Shown piece by piece: positions 9,697 through 18,238 of a stretch of 64,000 nt of DNA. The notes under the pieces are model-generated. The model had not been told where the DNA came from. It saw only the letters and a list, made by a program, of their open reading frames with translations, and searched no databases. The first letter of the stretch is position 1, and each line of letters opens with the position of its first letter. Origin of the DNA: an uncultured Peptococcaceae bacterium. Its GTDB lineage: Bacteria > Bacillota > Dehalobacteriia > UBA4068 > UBA4997. Both the position numbers and the translations under genes were made by a program. The stretch lies in contig CAZMTO010000003.1 of the NCBI GenBank assembly GCA_964569265.1, forward strand, positions 9,850-73,849. The letters are read 5' to 3'.

Positions 9697-11970
9697 ATGC
9701 ACGGTATACCTACTTTGATCACAGATTTGGCGTTGATATTGTTGTTGGCTGCCTTTGCCACGCTGCTTTGTAAAAAGTTTAAGCAGCCGCTGGTGCTGGG
9801 CTATATTTTGGCCGGCTTTTTGTGCGGCCCGGTGGTAAGCTTTTTGCCAACCGTAGCCGATAGAGCCAATATCGACTTGTGGTCAGAAATAGGTATTATA
9901 TTTTTGATGTTTGCCGTGGGGCTGGAATTTAGCCTGCACAAGCTGGTAAAAGTCGGTATGGCCGCTATACTTTCTGCTCTGTTTGAAGTTTTGGGTATGA
10001 TGGTGCTGGGCATAATGCTGGGGCAGGTGTTCGGCTGGTCTATGATGGACAGTATATTTTTAGGCGGTATGCTGTCAATTTCTTCTACTATGATAGCCCT
10101 TAAAGGCTTGGAGGACAGCGGGCAAAAGCAGCAAAAATTTGCCGGTTATGCTATTGGCACACTTATAATTGAAGATATTGTAGCTATATTTTTGATGGTA
10201 ATACTTTCTACCATGGCAGTAAGCAGCGGCTTTAACGGTGCCGAATTGCTGTTTACTGTGGGCAGAATGTTGTTCTATTTGTCGCTGTGGCTTATACTTG
10301 GCATATTTATTTTGCCGACCTTTTTAAACAAGGTAAAGGGCCTGTTAGATGATGAAATGCTGCTGGTGCTTTCTTTGGGTGTGTGCCTTGGTATGGTATG
10401 GATAGCCGATGCACTGGGCTTTTCGTCGGCATTGGGTGCATTTTTGGCCGGTTCTATTTTGGCGGGTACGGTACACGCCGAACATATTGAGCATTTGGTA
10501 AAACCCTGTAAAGACCTGTTTGGCGCGGTGTTTTTTGTATCGGTGGGCTTGTTGGTAGTGCCTTCTACCCTGGCAGAATATTGGCTGCCCATTTTGCTTA
10601 TTACCATTGTAACCATAGTGGGCAAAATTTTAAGCATTACTGGCGGTATGCTGGCGGCCGGCAAAGATTTGCACACCTCGCTGTCGTCGTCGTTTTGCTT
10701 AACGCAGGTTGGTGAATTTTCTTACATCATTGCTTCGCTGGGCACATCGCTGGGGGTAACCAGTGACTTTTTATATCCCATTATCGTGGCGGTATCGGTG
10801 GTAACGGCCTTTACCACGCCGCTGATGATAAACCACGCCGATACCTGTGCCGGTTGGTTAGAAGAACATCTGCCGGAAAAACTCCGTAAAGGCTGGGAAA
10901 AATACGGTAATAACGATGATGATAACGCCTTGCAGGATAAAGACTGGCGTGCTTTTGGCAAAAATTACATTATTACGGCAACCCTGTATATTATAATTTC
11001 GGTGGGGCTTATAATGCTGGGGCATACGGTGCTGGTGCCCCTGCTGGCGCATTTGCCGTTTGCCAACGTTATTTGCGCGGTAATAATTTACGTTTGCATA
11101 ACGCCGTTTATCCGTCAGCTTATGATCTTCCGCGACCCGTATATGATGTCTTTGTGGCTGCGCGGCTTAAAAAACCGTTTGCCGCTGGTGGGGCTTATTG
11201 GTGTACGTGTGGTTTTGGGTATGATATTGCTGCTTACGCCGTTGTATCTGCTGTTTAGTCTGCCGCCGTGGCTGCTGTTGGCCATTGGCCTGCTGTTTAC
11301 GGTATTGCTGCTGCGTATCAACAACTTCAGCAGTATGTACCTGCGTATAGAAGCACGTTTTTTGGCTAACTTTAACGAAAAGAAGCTGGCCGAGGGTTCG
11401 CAAAGCACCGAAACCAGCCTTAACCGTCAGCTTTCGGTAGTGCCCTTTGTGCTGCCCGACGACAGCACGGCAGTTGGTAAAAAGCTTATAGATTTGGATT
11501 GGGGACGTTTTTACGGCATAAAAGTAATAAAAATTATGCGCGGCCGCAGCTATATAAACATACCGGAAGGTTACGAGATTTTGCACGCCGGTGATACGCT
11601 GCTGGTTATGGGCGCACCTAAAAATATTGAAAACTTTAGCTATGCGGCTAAAAAGCAGGGGCTGTTAGAGCGCGGCAGTGATGCGCCGAAGATTTTGAAG
11701 GATTATATCGACAGCCAAGACCACGATGCTGCCGACAGCCAGCTTTACTGTTTTGCTGTGCAGTTGGCCGGTACGCCGCAATACACCGGCAAAACCCTGC
11801 GAGAATCCTCCTTAAAGACGGATTGGGGCTGCTTTTTGTTGGGCTTAGAGCGTGACCGCCTGCCGATTTTAGACCCCAGCCCGGATATGCGCCTGGATGC
11901 CGGTGACCTTGTGTGGGTGTTAGGCTCGCGATCCTTGGGTGAAAAGCTGGTAAAAGAGGGACTTATTTAG
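9697..11970 (+). CDS. CPA2-family cation:proton antiporter with two C-terminal RCK_C (TrkA_C) domains
   Basis: About 12 TM Na_H_exchanger core (GYILAGFLCGP), then a soluble tail with duplicated TrkA_C-like segments. Confidence 0.8.
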   Translation: MHGIPTLITDLALILLLAAFATLLCKKFKQPLVLGYILAGFLCGPVVSFLPTVADRANIDLWSEIGIIFLMFAVGLEFSLHKLVKVGMAAILSALFEVLGMMVLGIMLGQVFGWSMMDSIFLGGMLSISSTMIALKGLEDSGQKQQKFAGYAIGTLIIEDIVAIFLMVILSTMAVSSGFNGAELLFTVGRMLFYLSLWLILGIFILPTFLNKVKGLLDDEMLLVLSLGVCLGMVWIADALGFSSALGAFLAGSILAGTVHAEHIEHLVKPCKDLFGAVFFVSVGLLVVPSTLAEYWLPILLITIVTIVGKILSITGGMLAAGKDLHTSLSSSFCLTQVGEFSYIIASLGTSLGVTSDFLYPIIVAVSVVTAFTTPLMINHADTCAGWLEEHLPEKLRKGWEKYGNNDDDNALQDKDWRAFGKNYIITATLYIIISVGLIMLGHTVLVPLLAHLPFANVICAVIIYVCITPFIRQLMIFRDPYMMSLWLRGLKNRLPLVGLIGVRVVLGMILLLTPLYLLFSLPPWLLLAIGLLFTVLLLRINNFSSMYLRIEARFLANFNEKKLAEGSQSTETSLNRQLSVVPFVLPDDSTAVGKKLIDLDWGRFYGIKVIKIMRGRSYINIPEGYEILHAGDTLLVMGAPKNIENFSYAAKKQGLLERGSDAPKILKDYIDSQDHDAADSQLYCFAVQLAGTPQYTGKTLRESSLKTDWGCFLLGLERDRLPILDPSPDMRLDAGDLVWVLGSRSLGEKLVKEGLI

Positions 11971-12008
11971 GCGCTGCCCGTATTATATTGCCTTTTTAGC
12001 ACAACCTA

Positions 12009-12050
12009 AGCCATACCGACATATATTACTGCGGTATGGCTTTTGTGTTT
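12009..12050 (+). terminator. Rho-independent terminator after the CPA2 gene (10-bp stem AGCCATACCG/CGGTATGGCT followed by TTTTGTGTTTT)
   Basis: Hairpin plus U-tract read directly. Confidence 0.7.
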
Positions 12051-12205
12051 TATGCTTTGGTTTTTATATTGTACTTAAAATAATACAAAAGTACAAAAAT
12101 ATTGGCAAAACGGCTTGCCAAATTGTTGCTGTTGGTATATACTATAGGAATATATTTGCAGTTTTTGTTGTTATTTATACTTTAGATAAAAGGAGCTACT
12201 TATAT

Positions 12206-13126
12206 ATGCAAAGCAATTTTGTGCGGCAAAACGTGTTTCCTACTTTGGCGGCGCTCATCTGGGGCACTGCCTTTGTGGCCCAAAGTGTGGCTGCCGAACA
12301 CGTGGAGCCGTTTACGTTTAATGCGGCAAGGGCAGTTATTGCGTTTTTATTTTTGCTGGTTTTAGCGGCGGTGCTGCGCAGCTACCGCGCAAAGCAGGGG
12401 CAAAAATCGGGCAGTGGGGCAGTTTATTGGCGTAATTTGCTGATTGCCGGCCTATGCTGCGGCGTAGCTTTAACGGTGGCCACCAATTTGCAGCAAAAAG
12501 GGTTAGAAACCACGACAGCCGGAAAGTCCGGCTTTATTACCGCCCTGTACATTGTGCTGGTGCCGCTGTTTGGTTTGTTCTTAAAAAAGAAGCCTTCTCG
12601 CGCAATATGGGTAAGTGTTGCTTTGGCGGTTGTCGGGCTGTATTTTTTATGTATAAAGCAGAGTATGACGGTAAGCTTCGGTGATTTTTTAACTATGCTT
12701 TGTGCGGTGTGCTTTGCCCTGCATATTTTGGTTATTGACCATTTTTCTGCCAAGGTGGATGGCGTGGAGCTTTCCTGTATGCAGTTTTTGGTAATGACGG
12801 TGATATCCGGCGTAGGTATGCTGCTTACCGAAACCCCCAGCGTAGAAACACTGCAAATGGCGGCCGGCAACATTTTGTATGTTGGTATATTTTCCAGCGG
12901 GGTGGCGTATACCTTGCAGATTTTGGCGCAAAAAGGTTCTAACCCGACCACGGTGGCGCTGCTTATGAGCCTTGAGGCTGTTTTTGCTACCTTGGCCGGT
13001 GCCTTAATTTTGCATGACCAAATGACGGCGCGGGAATATATGGGCTGCATTATTATGCTGGCTGCGGTTATGCTGGCGCAAATACCGGATACTACGTGGC
13101 GCAGGTTGAGCCGGGGGAAAGTATAA
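12206..13126 (+). CDS. EamA/DMT-superfamily transporter
   Basis: 10 TM helices with a duplicated EamA architecture. Confidence 0.7.
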   Translation: MQSNFVRQNVFPTLAALIWGTAFVAQSVAAEHVEPFTFNAARAVIAFLFLLVLAAVLRSYRAKQGQKSGSGAVYWRNLLIAGLCCGVALTVATNLQQKGLETTTAGKSGFITALYIVLVPLFGLFLKKKPSRAIWVSVALAVVGLYFLCIKQSMTVSFGDFLTMLCAVCFALHILVIDHFSAKVDGVELSCMQFLVMTVISGVGMLLTETPSVETLQMAAGNILYVGIFSSGVAYTLQILAQKGSNPTTVALLMSLEAVFATLAGALILHDQMTAREYMGCIIMLAAVMLAQIPDTTWRRLSRGKV

Positions 13127-13138
13127 GGGGGTTGCAAT

Positions 13139-13606
13139 ATGAAACGTTTGGCTATATTGGCAGCGGCAATGCTGTTGTGTGTTGGCTTGGCGGGCTGCGG
13201 CACGGAGTATGCTGACACGAATGGTGCTGATGATTTCAGCTTGCAGACGATTTCCGACGAGGAGATTATCAATTTGTCGGTGGGTGCATCGGGGCTGGGC
13301 TATAGCGAGGAGAGCATTGGCGATTCGATTTTCAGCACGGAGTATTCGAGCAAAAATTTTAACGGCGTGGAGCAGATTTTCTTGACGAATTACCTGTTGC
13401 CGTCTGATGTCAGGGTGTACATTGGTTATTTGAATGTGAGCAGCGGGAATTTACGTCTGGTGGCGGTCAATAATGACGAAATTATTAAGGAGATTCCCAT
13501 CGACTCGTTTAATGAGGAGTTTGTGTTTGAGGATATAAGCGGATCATTTGCCATTAATTTGGCGGGCGAAAGCGCGGAATTTGACTTGAACCTCCGCGTG
13601 GAATAA
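13139..13606 (+). CDS. Hypothetical lipoprotein (lipobox LAGC)
   Basis: Signal peptide MKRLAILAAAMLLCVGLAGCG followed by an acidic, Ser/Glu-rich mature domain. No family recognised. Codon choice (ACG, GAG, TTG favoured) differs somewhat from its neighbours. Confidence 0.6.
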   Translation: MKRLAILAAAMLLCVGLAGCGTEYADTNGADDFSLQTISDEEIINLSVGASGLGYSEESIGDSIFSTEYSSKNFNGVEQIFLTNYLLPSDVRVYIGYLNVSSGNLRLVAVNNDEIIKEIPIDSFNEEFVFEDISGSFAINLAGESAEFDLNLRVE

Positions 13607-13624
13607 AAGAGTAAAATAAAAGAG

Positions 13625-13662
13625 TAAAAAAGCCCCGGCCTAAAAAGGTCGGGGCTTTGTGC
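13625..13662. terminator. Bidirectional terminator between the convergent lipoprotein (+) and CapA-like (-) genes (stem AGCCCCG/CGGGGCT with an A-tract on one side and a T-rich tract on the other)
   Basis: Read directly. Confidence 0.55.
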
Positions 13663-13665
13663 TGC

Positions 13666-14805
13666 TTAGCGGCGGTCTTGCAGCTCGGCAGGTATGCGTT
13701 CTTCAAACAGCCGCACCAGATAATCGCGGGTAAGGGCTACGCCGTGTTGTTGGGCCAGCTCCTCGGTGTATTCTGCCAGGGGGTAAACGGTAATGTCGCC
13801 GTAGTTGTAGGTAAAGTGGTTAACTATCGGTATAACACCCATATGGTCAACGGTAAGGCTGCCGTCGGCGGTATCGTAGGTCATATCAACCTCGGCCAGG
13901 GCGCCCAGCATAGTGGCAGGCTTGTTTTGGGCGGATATAAAATTGCCCAGCGAATAAAACACCGGAACATTGCGGCCATCGGCAGCTTGCAGCATTTCGG
14001 CAGTTTGCACAACGTGTGGGTGCGTGCCAATTATGATGTCGGCACCGGCATCGGCAACAAGCTGTGCCAAACGCTTTTGTTCGGCGTTGGGCTCCGCCTG
14101 ATATTCTACACCCCAGTGCATACTTACAATAACAATATCGGCGGCTTCGTTAGCAGCGGCTAAATCGCTTTTTATGGCTTCATCATCAATCAGGTTAATA
14201 ATAGCCGCGCTGTTTTTTGGCAGCGACAAACCGTTGGTGCCGTAGGTGTAGGCCAGCAGGGCAACATTTACATCCTTGCAGTTTAAAATTTGCAGCGTAT
14301 CGTCGTCGGCGTTGGCAGCAACCCCGGCCATAACGGCATCACATTGGCTGCGCCAAAAGGCTACGGTGTTAAGCAAACCCTTTTCTCCGGCATCTAAAAT
14401 GTGGTTGGTGGCCTGGCTTACCAAATTAAAGCCCATACCTACCAAATGGGTGCCAAGCTCTTGCGGCGAATTAAACATAGGGTACGATTTTAACCCCAGC
14501 TCGGTGCCGCCAAGGGGAGTTTCCTGATTGATAAAGGCTAAATCGGCGTTAGCTATGTAGGGCGCAATATGCTGATAAGCGTAGGTAAAGTCAAAGCCGC
14601 TGCCGCCGGTGCGTTCTTTTGCCTGGCGGTAAATAGGCCCGTGTATCAGGTTATCGCCCGCAGCCACCAGCGATAGCTGTACCTTGGTGGTGGGGGGCAT
14701 TTCCGGCGCCAAAGACGGCAATATGTTGGCCGGTGCAGTGCAGGCTGCCAGCATAAGACACAGCAGCAGGGCAAGGGCCGCGCACAGTTTTTTTATGTAT
14801 TGCAT
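13666..14805 (-). CDS. CapA/PgsA-family (PGA_cap) metallophosphatase-like lipoprotein
   Basis: LAAC lipobox. Motifs AAGDNLIHGPIY and FxNxE match the CapA poly-gamma-glutamate-synthesis family. Start set to the internal Met (ATG at 14803-14805) preceded by AAGGAAG. The longer ORF start at 14889 has no RBS. Confidence 0.7.
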   Translation of the reverse strand: MQYIKKLCAALALLLCLMLAACTAPANILPSLAPEMPPTTKVQLSLVAAGDNLIHGPIYRQAKERTGGSGFDFTYAYQHIAPYIANADLAFINQETPLGGTELGLKSYPMFNSPQELGTHLVGMGFNLVSQATNHILDAGEKGLLNTVAFWRSQCDAVMAGVAANADDDTLQILNCKDVNVALLAYTYGTNGLSLPKNSAAIINLIDDEAIKSDLAAANEAADIVIVSMHWGVEYQAEPNAEQKRLAQLVADAGADIIIGTHPHVVQTAEMLQAADGRNVPVFYSLGNFISAQNKPATMLGALAEVDMTYDTADGSLTVDHMGVIPIVNHFTYNYGDITVYPLAEYTEELAQQHGVALTRDYLVRLFEERIPAELQDRR

Positions 14806-14914
14806 AGTCAAAACTTCCTTAATCAAAAGTATAATTTTATATAATTTATAAGATATTGTAATAAATAATGATAACACGAAAGCCGCCAATTATCAAGGCA
14901 AAACCGCATATAAA

Positions 14915-14944
14915 AAGAGGGCGGGGAAAATTCCCCGTCCTCTT
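14915..14944 (-). terminator. Terminator of the CoA-transferase gene (AAGAGGGCGGGG/CCCCGTCCTCTT hairpin with a U-tract on the minus strand)
   Basis: Read directly. Confidence 0.65.
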
Positions 14945-14981
14945 TATAAATTGTAAATTAAGCCATTAAACTTTGGTTTAA

Positions 14982-16502
14982 TTATTTGCTCAGCTTCATA
15001 GTGCCGGTCTGGTTGAAGCGAACGTGCCAGGACAAAGCTTCCTCCAGGATGTGGGGGGTATGAGCCTTGCCGTCCGGGCAAGCTTCCAGAGCGCGATTGT
15101 AGTAATCGAGCAGCATCGGCTTGTAATCCGGGTGAGCGCAGTTGTTGATGATTTCCAGAGCTCTTTCACGAGGAGCCTTGTTACGCAGGTCTGCAACGCC
15201 CTGTTCGGTAACGATAACGTTAACGTCATGCTCGGTGTGGTCAATGTGAGAGCACATCGGAACGATAGAGGAGATGTCGCCGCCCTTAGCAACGGAGCCG
15301 GTCATAAAGATGGAGATGTAAGCAGCACGGGTGAAGTCGCCGGAGCCGCCGATACCGTTCATCATTCTGGTACCCATAATGTGGGTGGAGTTTACATGGC
15401 CGTAAATATCAACTTCGATAGCGGTGTTCATGGAGATTACGCCCAAACGACGAGCAACCTCGGGGTTGTTGGAAATTTCCTGAGGACGCAGTACGATGGT
15501 CTTCTTGTAGCGTTCTACGTCTGCCTTAAAGCGAGCCAGACCGTCTACAGAAGGAGTAAGAGAGGTGCCGGATACAGCTACGAACTTGCCGCAGTCGATC
15601 AAATCCAGAGCGCCGTCCTGAATAACTTCGGAATAGAAGGTCAAACCTTCCAGATCGGAAGTAGCGAAGGAAGCCAATACAGCGTTAGCTACGCCGCCAA
15701 CACCAGACTGCAGGGGCAGCAGGTTTTTGGGCAAACGACCAGCTTCAACTTCCTTGTTAAAGAAGCCAACGATGTTGTCTGCAATAGCCTGTTCGGTTTC
15801 GGTTACTGCGGGCAGAGGACGTACCTTATCGGTGATGTCGGTAACAACGATAGCAGCGATCTTGTCAGCGCCACATTCGATGTAAGGAGTACCGATTCTG
15901 TCGCCGGTAGCGTAGATCGGGATTTCCTTGCGGTAAGGCGGATCCAGCGGAATGTAAATGTCGTGCATACCTTCCATTTCTTCGGGCTGAGAAGTGTTGA
16001 TTTCAACGATAACTTTGTCGGCGCACTTTACGAAAGTAGGAGCGGAACCAACAGAAGTGGTGGGGATCAGGTTACCTTCTTCGGTAATAGCACAAGCTTC
16101 TACCAAAGCGATATCAATGTTGCCCAAAAAGCCGTAACGAGCATACTGGGTAGCCAAAGACAGGTGCTGGTCGTTGTACAAAACGCCTGCTTCGCCCTTG
16201 GTGTTCAAAGCGTTTCTCATATCGTTGTTGGTCTGGTAGGGGCTGCGGCGTGCAACTGCACCGATAGTAGCCAAACCGTCCAGCTCGGGGCCAACGGATG
16301 CGCCGGTCAAAATCTGTACCTTGATGTTTTCGCCGGCCTTTACGCGCTCAGCCAGTGCCAGCGGAACTGCCTTCGGGTAACCGGAAGGAGTAAAGCCGGA
16401 GCAACCCAGAGTATCGCCGTCCTTGATCAGTTTTGCTGCTTCTTCAGCTGTAGTAACTTTGCTCAAAAGTTCCTTACATCTGATTCTGTGTTCATAACTC
16501 AT
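14982..16502 (-). CDS. Acetyl-CoA hydrolase/transferase family protein (Cat1/ScpC-like short-chain acyl-CoA:acetate or succinate CoA-transferase)
   Basis: About 506 aa with an AcetylCoA_hydro N-terminus (GDTLGCSGFTPSGYPKAVP) and AcetylCoA_hyd_C. Start set to the Met preceded by GGAGG (MSYEHR...). The antisense 509-aa ORF is an artefact. Confidence 0.75.
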   Translation of the reverse strand: MSYEHRIRCKELLSKVTTAEEAAKLIKDGDTLGCSGFTPSGYPKAVPLALAERVKAGENIKVQILTGASVGPELDGLATIGAVARRSPYQTNNDMRNALNTKGEAGVLYNDQHLSLATQYARYGFLGNIDIALVEACAITEEGNLIPTTSVGSAPTFVKCADKVIVEINTSQPEEMEGMHDIYIPLDPPYRKEIPIYATGDRIGTPYIECGADKIAAIVVTDITDKVRPLPAVTETEQAIADNIVGFFNKEVEAGRLPKNLLPLQSGVGGVANAVLASFATSDLEGLTFYSEVIQDGALDLIDCGKFVAVSGTSLTPSVDGLARFKADVERYKKTIVLRPQEISNNPEVARRLGVISMNTAIEVDIYGHVNSTHIMGTRMMNGIGGSGDFTRAAYISIFMTGSVAKGGDISSIVPMCSHIDHTEHDVNVIVTEQGVADLRNKAPRERALEIINNCAHPDYKPMLLDYYNRALEACPDGKAHTPHILEEALSWHVRFNQTGTMKLSK

Positions 16503-16773
16503 AACACATACCTCCATAAATTTGAAAATGATTATATCGTTATGATGTCTTAAGTAAGCTTAAACATCACAACAGCTATAATCATTATACTCTATAAATC
16601 TACAAAAATAAAGGGTTTTTTTAGTCAAATTTATTTATTATTATTTTGCGCAAAATTGCTGGTAATTTGTCTGTAATTATGCTACAATATATTATTATTC
16701 ACTTTGATGGCAGTTTTTTGTCGGCACTTTTTTTGCGGTGCCCCCAATTTTTTTATTTGTCAGGAGAATTATT

Positions 16774-18150
16774 ATGCTAAAAGCACAAGCTGCGGCCAAG
16801 CCCCTGCTGTTACAAAACGCCTGCTATTACACCGAAAGCGGCTTAAAAAGCGGGGCCTTGCTGTTAGAGGGCGGTAAAATTGCAGCCATTTTTGATGATG
16901 CTGCTGCCCCCGCCCAACCGGATTGGCAGGTTTATGATGTTATGGGTAAAATAGTGCTGCCCGGTGCTATAGATACTCATACCCACGTGCGGGAGCCCGG
17001 CAGCCCGGAAAAAGAAGATTTTTGTACCGGTACGGCGGCGGCGCTGGCCGGTGGGGTAACCACTGTTTGCCAAATGCCCAACGTAAACCCTATGCCGCAC
17101 AATGCGGCGGCCCTGGCGCAAAGCAAACGTCTTGCGGCTGAAAAGGCCCTGTGTAATGTGGTATTTTATGCGGCAGCCGGGGCAGATAATACCGAAGATT
17201 TTGCTGATTTGGCTGCTGCCGGGGTGGTTGGGTTAAAAACCTTTTTGCAGCCTGCCAAGCCGGGTGAGCCGCAATATATTACGGTGGCGGCTGATGACGG
17301 TGATGTTGAGCTGTGCAGGGTACTTAAAGCGGCGGCGGCGGTAAATATGCGCTGTTACTTTCATTGCGAGGATTATACCCTGATTGGCCAATTAGAGGCT
17401 GCTGCCCATGCGGCCGGCGAAGAAGCATATTCCTTCCATTATAAAACAAGGCCGGACGAAGCTGAGCTTAATGCGGTAAAGCGCGTGTTGGCTGCGGCGC
17501 AAAAATGCGGTGCCAAGGTGGGTATCGTTCATGTTTCTACGGTGGCGGCAGCGGAATATATTGCCAATGCCAAGGCCGCCGGGCAAGATGTTACTATGGA
17601 GGTTTGTTTTCATCATTTGTTTTTTGATGACAGCCTTATTGATAAGTTTGGCCCTTATGCCAAGTGCAATCCGCCGCTGCGTTCGGCGCAAAACGTGCAG
17701 GGTTTGTGGCAGTATGTGCAAAACGGCACGGTAGATTATATTGGTACTGACCACGCACCGCACCTGTTGGCACAAAAGCAGGCAGGCGAGGATAAAATAT
17801 GGCAGGCACCGTCCGGCATTGCGCATTTAGAGCTTATGCTGCCACTGCTGCTTACGGCGGTAAACAGCGGCAGGCTTACAATAGAGCGTATGGCCGAGCT
17901 GGTGTGTGTTAACGGCTACAGGGCTATGGGGCTGTATCCGCAAAAGGGGCAAATTGCCGTGGGTGCTGATGCTGACCTGACGGTGGTGGATATGGACAGA
18001 GAGTGGCAGTTTGACCATAAGCTGATGCAGACAAAGGCGCGCCAAACCTGCGCCCTGTTTGACGGCTTGGCAATGCACGGTGCTGTAGAAGCAACGATAC
18101 TGGCCGGCAGACCGGTATGTGTTAACGGCCTGGTGGATTATTGCAAATAG
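16774..18150 (+). CDS. Cyclic amidohydrolase, dihydroorotase/allantoinase family
   Basis: Metal-binding DTHTHVREPG and KCNPPLR motifs typical of class I DHOase/allantoinase. Start at ATG 16774 after aggag. Confidence 0.7.
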   Translation: MLKAQAAAKPLLLQNACYYTESGLKSGALLLEGGKIAAIFDDAAAPAQPDWQVYDVMGKIVLPGAIDTHTHVREPGSPEKEDFCTGTAAALAGGVTTVCQMPNVNPMPHNAAALAQSKRLAAEKALCNVVFYAAAGADNTEDFADLAAAGVVGLKTFLQPAKPGEPQYITVAADDGDVELCRVLKAAAAVNMRCYFHCEDYTLIGQLEAAAHAAGEEAYSFHYKTRPDEAELNAVKRVLAAAQKCGAKVGIVHVSTVAAAEYIANAKAAGQDVTMEVCFHHLFFDDSLIDKFGPYAKCNPPLRSAQNVQGLWQYVQNGTVDYIGTDHAPHLLAQKQAGEDKIWQAPSGIAHLELMLPLLLTAVNSGRLTIERMAELVCVNGYRAMGLYPQKGQIAVGADADLTVVDMDREWQFDHKLMQTKARQTCALFDGLAMHGAVEATILAGRPVCVNGLVDYCK

Positions 18151-18238
18151 GCTTGCTATTTGCGCCAAGAAGATATATTATTATAAAAGCAGATAATTTT
18201 ACGCAGATAAACGCGTATTTTATAGGAGGAAAATTGTT

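Noticed and set aside
12424-13272. Other long antisense or overlapping ORFs. Examples are 12424-13272, 18662-19537, 20967-21764, 23191-23937, 37481-38224, 43136-44173, 45314-46102, 47693-48400 and 33555-33968.
   Set aside because: Each is antisense to, or frame-shifted within, a strongly supported housekeeping gene. Each lacks an RBS and recognisable domains. All are treated as artefacts of high GC3.
15024-16553. 509-aa plus-strand ORF fully antisense to the CoA-transferase gene
   Set aside because: The translation is a low-complexity Val/Gly/Ser/Asn-rich product with no motifs. It lies exactly opposite a well-supported gene in a GC3-rich genome. This is a typical stop-codon-poor antisense frame, not a gene.
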